Positions 16,168 to 23,172 of a DNA stretch of 23,172 nt are shown here, in pieces. The translations under genes were made by a program, and so were the position numbers. How positions within the stretch are numbered: position 1 is the stretch's first letter; each line of letters starts with the position of its first letter. Source of the DNA: Cyanobacteria bacterium P01_A01_bin.123 (GTDB taxonomy: Bacteria > Cyanobacteriota > Cyanobacteriia > Phormidesmidales > Phormidesmidaceae); assembly GCA_039815185.1 (NCBI GenBank), contig JBCBZT010000084.1, forward strand, positions 1-23,172, given 5' to 3'. Under the pieces are notes generated by a model. It made no database searches and had not been told where the DNA came from. It was given only the letters and a program-made list of their open reading frames with translations.

Positions 16168-16704
16168 ATGAAAAAACGCATTTTGTCATTGCTCGTCATT
16201 GCTTGCTTGTTGCTTTTTTTGCCCTCAATGGGGGGCGCACAATCGACGACCGCAATTCAGTTGGGCACGAAATCCGCTGTTCAGGAGAATACCGCGCCGA
16301 TGACGGTGATACCGTTGAACGATGCACTCGACCGGGAGTTCCGACCGCTTTATGAAACGAGGCCTGATGGCCCAAACCTCCACGTGCTAGAAGGCGATCC
16401 TCTTACTGGGTCATCCCAGACTCTGTTCCGTTACGGGCGCAACTACGCGGGAAGTGGCAACCTGCACTTCCACACCCATGACTATCGCCTCTGGCTGATT
16501 GAAGGCGTGTTGAAGCATTGGGATGCGGACGGCAACGAAGAAAGTGCGCCCATCCTTCTTCCCGGCTCGTATGTGTATCAACCGGCTGATCTGGTTCATG
16601 CCGCCAATTGCTTAACAGAGCGGTGCATCGCCTATGTTATATTCGATGGCCCCATCGAGACAGGTTTCCCCGACGACACAAACTCACCTCCCGAGGATCG
16701 CTGA
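16168..16704 (+). CDS. Secreted cupin-fold protein (DUF4437-like)
   Basis: ATG 16168 follows a purine-rich GAAGAGAG. Sec-type signal MKKRILSLLVIACLLLFLPSMGGA, cupin motif 1 LHFHTHDYRLWLIEG, motif 2 PGSYVYQPADLVHAANC, and VLEGDP and FDGPI. Confidence 0.82.
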   Translation: MKKRILSLLVIACLLLFLPSMGGAQSTTAIQLGTKSAVQENTAPMTVIPLNDALDREFRPLYETRPDGPNLHVLEGDPLTGSSQTLFRYGRNYAGSGNLHFHTHDYRLWLIEGVLKHWDADGNEESAPILLPGSYVYQPADLVHAANCLTERCIAYVIFDGPIETGFPDDTNSPPEDR

Positions 16705-16710
16705 TCTAAA

Positions 16711-16754
16711 GATGTTTAGGTGGTTGCCCTTCCTGAGAGTGAATGGTCTTCGTT
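16711..16754 (+). repeat. 44-bp direct repeat, copy 2 (right flank of the cupin gene segment)
   Basis: GATGTTTAGGTGGTTGCCCTTCCTGAGAGTGAATGGTCTTCGTT begins 6 nt after the cupin stop codon and 757 bp after the start of copy 1. Confidence 0.95.
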
Positions 16755-16779
16755 GCTGGCACCAATGGGGCTCAGTTTA
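16711..16779 (+). pseudogene. Fragment 2 of the probable NmrA-like gene, overlapping and continuing fragment 1
   Basis: It translates as DV*VVALPESEWSSLLAPMGLSL, repeating the end of fragment 1 and extending it, then stops against the kinase stop codon at 16781. Confidence 0.45.
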
Positions 16780-16780
16780 G

Positions 16781-18739
16781 CTAGACGGTGTTGGTTTGAC
16801 GAATAGGAATTTCTACAACGAACTTGGTGCCTGCTCCAGGAGAAGACTCACACCAAATTTGGCCTTTGTGTTTTTCAGTAATAATTTGATGGCTGATAGA
16901 TAAGCCCAAACCTGTGCCCTTGCCGACTGGTTTAGTCGTAAAGAAAGGGTCAAAGATTTTTGCGCTTACAGTCTCAGGCATCCCTGGACCATCATCGGCG
17001 ATTGTAATCCGAACCCAACCTTTATCCACGGTCTGAGTCGAAATCCAAATATGCTTGGCGGCGGAGTCTATCGATACCTTTTGTTGAGCGACCTCTTCTA
17101 GGGCATCAATAGCATTGGCCAGCAGATTCATAAAAACCTGATTGAGCTGTCCAGGGTAGCAATCTACCAAAGGCAATTGACCATAATCCTTGATCACGTC
17201 AATGGCTAGCTTATTAGTTTGTGCCTTCAAGCGATGCCTCAACAGCAGTAGCGTATTGTCAATGCCTTCATGTAGATCAACGGTTTTGAAAGCAGCTTCA
17301 TCAAGACGAGAAAAATTCCGCAACGATAGGACAATCTCTCGAATCCGCCTCGTACCCAGCTTCATAGACTGTAGTGATTTAATTAAATCTCCCTCTACGA
17401 AGTCAAGCTCCATCTCCTCTATGAGCATTTGCAGCTGTTGGGGTGGACTGGGATAGTGATCTTGATAGGCATGAATAACTTGGATCAGGTCCTGTGTGTA
17501 GCCATCAATGTGAGTAACATTGCCATGGATGAAATTGATAGGATTATTGATTTCATGAGCAACACCAGCCACTAATTGCCCTAAACTCGACATCTTCTCG
17601 GTCTGGACAAGTTGAATCTGGGCTTGCCTTAAGTCTACGAATGCTTCGTGCAGTCGCTGGTTTTTATGGGTTAAAGCCTCCTCTGATTGACGTAAAGCCT
17701 CCTCTACTGCCTGTTGTTTCTCGACAGTTATCTTCAAGGTTTGATTCGACTTTTGGGTTCTTTGATATGTGTAAATGTAATCTAATATCAAGCCTGTTAG
17801 GGGAACTACATAAGCAATGATTTTAAGAAAATGGGCAATATTGAAGTGATTATCAAATAAAGCCATTGATCCAAATGCCATATGCATTTGGGTCGCGATG
17901 TTAGGTATGACACCGATGACCAGAGAGTAGGAAAATAAACTGGGATAGGCTCGATAAAAACGAGGATAAACAGCGATGCCTGCTATGACATATAAGAGTA
18001 GCGGGATAACATCCCAAGGCCGAGTAATCAGCGAGTCAGGAAACATGGTTTGAGGCAACGAATTACTGGTTGCACAAGCTCGAATGATTCCATAGGCTAG
18101 AAGCCCAAATAAAAGACTGACGACCGTTACAAAGCCAGCTTTGCTCTTCCACGTAATCCACCGTTTGCCAAGCAATAGACTGACGCCTATCATTGTCAGC
18201 GCTGCATTCAGCAGACGGCACAAAGCCCAGGTAAAAGGAATCAAGTTGCGGTTATCTGCAACTGCCTCAACTAAGCGATCAGCAGCCAGCGTGTGGAAAG
18301 CATCCATCACGCCAGCACAGAATAAAGTTATGCCGATGATTGGGGTTGTGATGTCCTGAGTGATATAAAAATGAGCAAACGCCAGGACCACTGTGAAAAT
18401 GGCTGCACAAAATGCGCTCCATTCCAGAATAGTGTGTATATAACTGCCTGCTAGCGTATGGTGGATTGCTTCAGTTAGCTGATAATCGCTGAGTTCCGAA
18501 TTGGTAAAAGCTTCTAAGGAACCCACTGTAGTCCCAAAATTCGCACCCAGAGAATTAAGGAAAAAGGGTAAGATGCAGATAAAAACAATTGTCGAAACGA
18601 GAAACGTAGGTAGTTTAGCCTGATTCTTAGTCGACGAATAATAGTCAGCGTATTGTATGGGGAACATCTGTTGAATAAAAGAATCTTTCTCTCTTTGTTC
18701 TGAATCCCCTTCTACTGAGCACAGGGGGCAATTAAGCAC
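16781..18739 (-). CDS. Membrane-bound sensor histidine kinase with a multi-TM (MASE3-like) input domain; start uncertain (possibly ATG 18667)
   Basis: About 8 hydrophobic segments with HTILEWS and MDAFHTLA, then a coiled coil. H-box [21 protein letters not shown]-box [13 protein letters not shown]1 IADDGPGM, F box IFDPFFTTK and G2 GTGLGLSIS. Confidence 0.92.
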   Translation of the reverse strand: MLNCPLCSVEGDSEQREKDSFIQQMFPIQYADYYSSTKNQAKLPTFLVSTIVFICILPFFLNSLGANFGTTVGSLEAFTNSELSDYQLTEAIHHTLAGSYIHTILEWSAFCAAIFTVVLAFAHFYITQDITTPIIGITLFCAGVMDAFHTLAADRLVEAVADNRNLIPFTWALCRLLNAALTMIGVSLLLGKRWITWKSKAGFVTVVSLLFGLLAYGIIRACATSNSLPQTMFPDSLITRPWDVIPLLLYVIAGIAVYPRFYRAYPSLFSYSLVIGVIPNIATQMHMAFGSMALFDNHFNIAHFLKIIAYVVPLTGLILDYIYTYQRTQKSNQTLKITVEKQQAVEEALRQSEEALTHKNQRLHEAFVDLRQAQIQLVQTEKMSSLGQLVAGVAHEINNPINFIHGNVTHIDGYTQDLIQVIHAYQDHYPSPPQQLQMLIEEMELDFVEGDLIKSLQSMKLGTRRIREIVLSLRNFSRLDEAAFKTVDLHEGIDNTLLLLRHRLKAQTNKLAIDVIKDYGQLPLVDCYPGQLNQVFMNLLANAIDALEEVAQQKVSIDSAAKHIWISTQTVDKGWVRITIADDGPGMPETVSAKIFDPFFTTKPVGKGTGLGLSISHQIITEKHKGQIWCESSPGAGTKFVVEIPIRQTNTV

Positions 18740-18935
18740 GTTTCTCGATATAGTCTTCCCAATCGATCCCCTATTTCAACAGGAAGCTTAAATAAATCTA
18801 AAGAGATAATGATGAGTATTAAAGCAAACCGCAAATCGCACAGCGATTTAGAATTAGCCATAGCAAAGAATACAGCCCTGATAGTCTCAACGGCTATATA
18901 GTGAGACAGATATCTGAAGAGAGAGAAATCCAGGA

Positions 18936-19928
18936 ATGCTATCACGCAGTTGGTCTGCCTTATTCGCGTTTGTGCTAGCGTTTACACTTTTGCTCAGTGC
19001 ACAATCAACGACAGCCTCAACTGGGGATGTCAAGATAACGCCGCTCGGTAGTCACGAGGGTGAATTCTGCAGATTAGATCGGGCGCTTGTTTTAGAGGAT
19101 CCCAACGGGCTTCGTATTCTTTATGATGCGGGCAGAACCGTCGCTGGCCCGGACGATCCCAGATTAGGCGATATTGACGTTGTTCTCCTCAGCCATGTTC
19201 ACGGTGACCATTTGGGCGATCGCCGAATTGCCGCTGTCAACGCAGGTACTTGCGCTGAACCCCAAGCAGACGTGGGCACAACACCCAACTCTAACAGCGT
19301 TGAAATTGCAGTTGGCAAGGGCGCTCGCATGATTGTCGGCAGTGAAATGTCGAGATTTTTGGCCAATAAAGTGGAAGGTCTTGGCGATGATCCTGATAAT
19401 GTGCAGCTCGTACGCTTTGGTGCGTCGCGTGAGATTGACGGCGTGAGATTCACCACAGTACCGGCAGTTCACTCAAATGGACTGAGTGGTAATTTCATCG
19501 AAGGTGAGCTGGGTGAGAGTCTATCTGCCGCAGGGTTGACTGCCTATGTTGGCCCCCCCACAGGCTATGTCATTACTTTCTCTAACGGTTTGGTGGTTTA
19601 CCTCTCAGGCGATACGGGGGTGACCGCTGAGCAAGAAACCGTAGTGGGTAATCAATACGGTGCTGAACTGGTTGTGATGAACATTGGAGATACCTTTACT
19701 ACTGGCCCAACCGAAGCCGCCTATGTCATCAATGAACTCATTCAACCCAACGCCGTCATTGCTTCCCATGCGAATGAGGCTGCGACCCTCAATGGCGAAG
19801 TCCAGCCAGATACCCGGACAGCTGCTTTTATCGAAGCGACTCAAACCAATGTTTACGTGCCACTCAGCGGCAGAACGCTATCGTTTAACGCCGATGGTCT
19901 CTGTACGGGGGGATGCGCTGAAGAATGA
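18936..19928 (+). CDS. Secreted metallo-beta-lactamase-fold hydrolase
   Basis: N-terminal signal peptide, ILYDAG, metal motif SHVHGDH (HxHxDH), AVHSN, YLSGDTG and IASHAN. Confidence 0.9.
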   Translation: MLSRSWSALFAFVLAFTLLLSAQSTTASTGDVKITPLGSHEGEFCRLDRALVLEDPNGLRILYDAGRTVAGPDDPRLGDIDVVLLSHVHGDHLGDRRIAAVNAGTCAEPQADVGTTPNSNSVEIAVGKGARMIVGSEMSRFLANKVEGLGDDPDNVQLVRFGASREIDGVRFTTVPAVHSNGLSGNFIEGELGESLSAAGLTAYVGPPTGYVITFSNGLVVYLSGDTGVTAEQETVVGNQYGAELVVMNIGDTFTTGPTEAAYVINELIQPNAVIASHANEAATLNGEVQPDTRTAAFIEATQTNVYVPLSGRTLSFNADGLCTGGCAEE

Positions 19929-19986
19929 CATTTTCTGCAACGACATTTCTGGAGGATCACACAGCTGGTCTTCGGCGAGGTCAGTT

Positions 19987-20614
19987 TTAATCGCTGGAGT
20001 CTGCGATCGCGAGTCTCAGCCCCAGCCCCACAAACAAACTGCCTGTAACCCAGCGCTGTAGAGCGACTAACCGGGGACGACGACGGAGGGTTTGCCGCGG
20101 CAGCGACCAAAGCCGCAATGAGCGCTAGCCACAATCTAGAAGTCGCGGCCACAATCACGCCTAGTTGGAGGGTCTGTAGGGCCAAACCATCAGCAGGATC
20201 GATGAATTGGGGAATAAAGGCAAGGAAAAACAGCGCTGCCTTGGGGTTCAGTAGATTAGTCAATATCGCTTGTAAAAAGACTTTCAATAGGCTGGCTCGT
20301 GAGGCCGTAGGCAGGGCGAAACTGTGGTCATGGCTGAGAATAGCCTGGATGCCGAGGTAGATCAGATAGGCGGCCCCCGCGTATTTAACGATGTTGAAGG
20401 CCAGAGCTGAGGTCATGAGCAGCGCTGAAAGGCCAACGGCAGCGGCGGTAGTGTGGCCCAAATTGCCGACGAAAATGCCAAGTGCCGAAACAATACCTGC
20501 CAGTCGCCCCTGCTCTAAACTGCGGCCCAACACGTAAAACGTATCAGGGCCGGGAGTCACTGTGATGACGGCGACGGCAGCCAGAAACAGGGAGAAGCTT
20601 GTGGGATCTGTCAT
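19987..20614 (-). pseudogene. LysE/RhtB family translocator, frameshifted near the 3' end
   Basis: Motifs TPGPDT, VKYAGAAYLIYLG and NLLNPKAALFFLAFIPQF. After about 20095 the family-typical last helix (QTLRRRPRLVALQRWVTGSLFVGLGLRLAIADSSD*) is in another frame, ending at TAA 19987. The ORF-track extension to 19853 is out-of-frame read-through. A sequencing error is also possible. Confidence 0.85.
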
Positions 20615-20748
20615 AGTAAAGTGCCGAGGAAATTTGCTAGCTAGCCTAGCGCTTTGCTGCCTAACACCGCAGCAGTAAACTCCTTGTTGGAGGCAATTGT
20701 GCTAATCAGGAAGCGTACCCGGCAAATACCGCGTCTGACATGCTACGG

Positions 20749-21828
20749 CTAATGTCGGCAGGCTTCTGTCGTCTGCCCTACTTCACCCGCAACGAGTTGG
20801 TACTCAAACTCCCAACAAGCTTCTGAAGTCTGGCGATACAGAATCGCGCTTATCACTCCAGACGTTGTTAAAGAATCAAAAGCCAAACGATACTCTCCTT
20901 CTCCATTTTCTTCAAAATCCGTGATCAGCGTTGAGACAGGCTCACCATAGCTACCCCCAAACGGGCTGGGTGTGCGCTGCGCCAGGGCATCGAAGGAGCC
21001 CGGTTCTATCTGCAGTTCGGGGTCAAAAGCCCCGTGATGGCAACCCACAACATAAGGTGGAGTTTTGGTTGTGAAATGCACAAATTGACCCTCTGGCAAC
21101 TGTATCGCGTTGCAATCATCAAGTGCTTCATCCGGTAGGTAACTCAGATCGCTGTATCTACCCCGTCCATAATACTCATCCCCCCCTTCACCGAAATAGA
21201 CGGGAGTGCCGTCAAGGCCAAAGGCAATCGGCAGTTCAGGATTATGCTCATCCATCAAACAAACCGGGGCGTAATGATAGTGATAGTCTTCTCCTTGCCC
21301 TGAATGGCCGCCACATTGGTCTAACTCGCCCTGAACAACGGTATCGTTACGCGGCTCGTAGTTATCGAGTGAAGTTGAAACATCAGGACGTCTCTCATAA
21401 TGAAAAATGGGTACCCCGTCAACCGCAACTGCGATGGGGCCACGGGCGCTGGCTTCAACGGGTTCATCTAGCCAAGTAGGGGAAAGGGGAATCCGCCACT
21501 GATAATCGTAGGGGACTGCAACTCTTTGTATCCAGGATGTGATGCCGACCATCGGGAGATCTTCGCGACTGCCAGATGTCAAATCAGGCAGACCTGTCGC
21601 GGCTACCTCAAGGAAGTCAGCAGTACAATTAGTGGCCTCAGGATCGAGGTGTAACTCAAAAGCCGCTTCATAGGGTGTGCAGTCTGTTGCAGTTGGCGAA
21701 CTTTGCGCCAAATTGGTTGGCAAACTTTGCCCCACACTAGAGCAGCCCCAGATCAGAAGCACCATGGCGATCGTAAGCCTGGCTGCACGCAAAACCCGAC
21801 CGATCTGTTTATTATGTTGCACTGGCAT
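20749..21828 (-). CDS. YHYH-domain protein, probable lipoprotein
   Basis: Motifs GPIAVAVDGVPIF, LDQCGGHSGQGEDYHYHYAP, IAFGLDGTPVY, LDDCN and PPYVVGCHHG. Signal with possible lipobox LIWGC. ATG 21828 has AGGAG 7 nt upstream. Confidence 0.87.
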   Translation of the reverse strand: MPVQHNKQIGRVLRAARLTIAMVLLIWGCSSVGQSLPTNLAQSSPTATDCTPYEAAFELHLDPEATNCTADFLEVAATGLPDLTSGSREDLPMVGITSWIQRVAVPYDYQWRIPLSPTWLDEPVEASARGPIAVAVDGVPIFHYERRPDVSTSLDNYEPRNDTVVQGELDQCGGHSGQGEDYHYHYAPVCLMDEHNPELPIAFGLDGTPVYFGEGGDEYYGRGRYSDLSYLPDEALDDCNAIQLPEGQFVHFTTKTPPYVVGCHHGAFDPELQIEPGSFDALAQRTPSPFGGSYGEPVSTLITDFEENGEGEYRLAFDSLTTSGVISAILYRQTSEACWEFEYQLVAGEVGQTTEACRH

Positions 21829-22843
21829 TATCAATCTCCTTAGTGCCAGGTACGGCTCTAACCACGGTTAAACCTAGATAAGGCACATGGACTTTCAGTT
21901 GCTTTTCTACGGTATTCGTAATCTCTTGGGTTTCCTGGAGGGAAAGGTTAGGCGGTAGCATCATGTCCATCTCCACATAGAGCCGATGCCCGAGCCAGCG
22001 AGTCCGTAGATTTGAGATCCGACTAACGCCACGCTTCGCGAACGCTTCAGTTTCAATTTCAGGCACATGAGCGATGGCATGGTGGAGCGAGTCTAGTACC
22101 TCTGGTTCCACGCCATCGAGCAAGCGATTCAGAATCGTCTGTCCCGACTCCCAAACAATTTTGAGCAACACGGCTGCGATCGCTAAACCAATCACTGGAT
22201 CAGCCCAGGAATAGCCCAAACTAACACCCACGGCACTGAGCAACACCGCCAGACTGACCAAACCATCCGCCATTGCGTGGTAGCCATCGGCTATCAGGGC
22301 CGCACTATTGATTTCCCGCCCGACCCGAACGCGGAAAACCGCCACAATTTCGTTACCGATGAAGCCAACAAAGCCGGCGACGGCTAAGGCTCCCAAATGA
22401 TGCAGGGGCTGAGGATGGTAAAAGCGCTCTACAGATTCATAGGCAGTAATGATGGCACTCAACAAGATAATCGCCACAATCATCACCCCTGCCAAATCTT
22501 CCAAGCGAGCAAAGCCATAGGAAAATCTTGGTGTTGGCTTTCGTCGGGAAACTAGGAACGCCACCCCCAAAGGCACGGCGGTCATGGCATCCCCGACGTT
22601 GTGAATCATATCGGCCAGGAGAGTGACACTACCCGAAAGCCAAAATACCGCCGCCTGGACAATGGCCGTGAGTAGCAAGCCCGCCAAAGACCATTTCACA
22701 GCCCAGATTCCTAGGGCAGAACTCGCGATTTCCGGGTCGATGAGCCCGTGAGTATGGGTACAATCCCCATGATGATGGGGGTGAGGTTCCACCTTGAGTT
22801 TGATGAGTTGAGGAACATCAATAGAACTAGAAAGTTGTGTCAT
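21812..22843 (-). CDS. Cation diffusion facilitator (CDF) family metal transporter with His-rich N-terminus
   Basis: N-terminal HPHHHGDCTHTHG, TM2 SGSVTLLADMIHNVGD, FSYGFARLEDLAG, TM5 SAALIADGYHAMAD, WADPVIG, and cytoplasmic domain LRTRWLGH. Confidence 0.95.
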   Translation of the reverse strand: MTQLSSSIDVPQLIKLKVEPHPHHHGDCTHTHGLIDPEIASSALGIWAVKWSLAGLLLTAIVQAAVFWLSGSVTLLADMIHNVGDAMTAVPLGVAFLVSRRKPTPRFSYGFARLEDLAGVMIVAIILLSAIITAYESVERFYHPQPLHHLGALAVAGFVGFIGNEIVAVFRVRVGREINSAALIADGYHAMADGLVSLAVLLSAVGVSLGYSWADPVIGLAIAAVLLKIVWESGQTILNRLLDGVEPEVLDSLHHAIAHVPEIETEAFAKRGVSRISNLRTRWLGHRLYVEMDMMLPPNLSLQETQEITNTVEKQLKVHVPYLGLTVVRAVPGTKEIDNASAT

Positions 22844-22872
22844 AGTACTTGTTGAAACAGGACATTCATCAT

Positions 22873-23172
22873 TTATGGGTTTGGCCTCGGTGGCAGCGCC
22901 TCCCTCAAATCCGTTTCGGAAATGCCTAACTCCCTGGCCACTTCAGCGAGATCGGCTTGGCGTCCCCCAGCCGCTTGCATGGCCTGACTGAGCGCCGCTT
23001 CAGAGACGCCAAGTTGCTCTGCTGCCTCAGAAAAATCGGGTGGGACATTCCCTTGAGGTAGCCCACCATCCTCAGGCGGCTCATCACCCTCTGGTGGGCC
23101 AGGCCGTGCCGACGGATCGGGCATTCCCTTCACGCAGCGCTGCACGAAAGGGTAAGCGTCGGTCACGTAGTA
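22873..23172 (-). CDS. C-terminal part of a probable second YHYH-domain protein with two helical repeats; partial, starts beyond the window
   Basis: The frame is open to the window edge and reads YYVTDAYPFVQRCVKG, like the Y.Y..T..FP....C..G end of YHYH domains (compare FVHFTTKTPPYVVGCHHG in 20749-21828). A Pro/Gly/acidic linker and the repeats DFSEAAEQLGVSEAAL and DLAEVARELGISETDL follow. Confidence 0.68.
   Translation of the reverse strand, partial: YYVTDAYPFVQRCVKGMPDPSARPGPPEGDEPPEDGGLPQGNVPPDFSEAAEQLGVSEAALSQAMQAAGGRQADLAEVARELGISETDLREALPPRPNP

Noticed and set aside
15954..16754. The 44-bp direct repeats as a CRISPR array or integron attC sites
   Set aside because: There are only two copies, 757 bp apart, without palindromic structure, and they are coding-like. 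No cas or integrase gene is in the window.
20615..20748. Structured RNA leader upstream of the LysE gene (TGCTGC...GCAGCA hairpin)
   Set aside because: The stems are short and no riboswitch consensus was recognised.

Overview
Chromosomal window from a cyanobacterium (many HIP1 octamers GCGATCGC, cyanobacteria-type short tandem repeats, a Uma2 gene; probably a Leptolyngbya-like filamentous strain, which is inference). From the left: the 5' end of a probable IS5-family element, gcvT, a Uma2 nuclease-fold gene, a small hypothetical gene, a peroxiredoxin-like gene and an RND efflux pair. Next is a seven-gene, same-strand cluster (8630-14535): a signal-peptide-less NMT1/THI5-like protein, a polar amino-acid-type ABC importer, a GntR/FCD regulator and a CE4 hydrolase with altered catalytic motifs. 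This looks like an uptake and hydrolysis pathway for an unidentified small compound. From about 14.6 kb the window is a HIP1-poor accessory mosaic. It holds a transposase relic ending at a HIP1 site, an AraC regulator whose presumed oxidoreductase target survives only as fragments, and a secreted cupin gene lying between two 44-bp direct repeats that belong to those fragments. It then has an orphan membrane sensor kinase, a secreted metallo-beta-lactamase-fold protein, a frameshifted LysE gene and a YHYH-CDF-YHYH cluster that hints at a metal-handling role for YHYH proteins. No rRNA, tRNA or CRISPR array was seen. All family assignments come from motif recognition by eye; no database searches were run.
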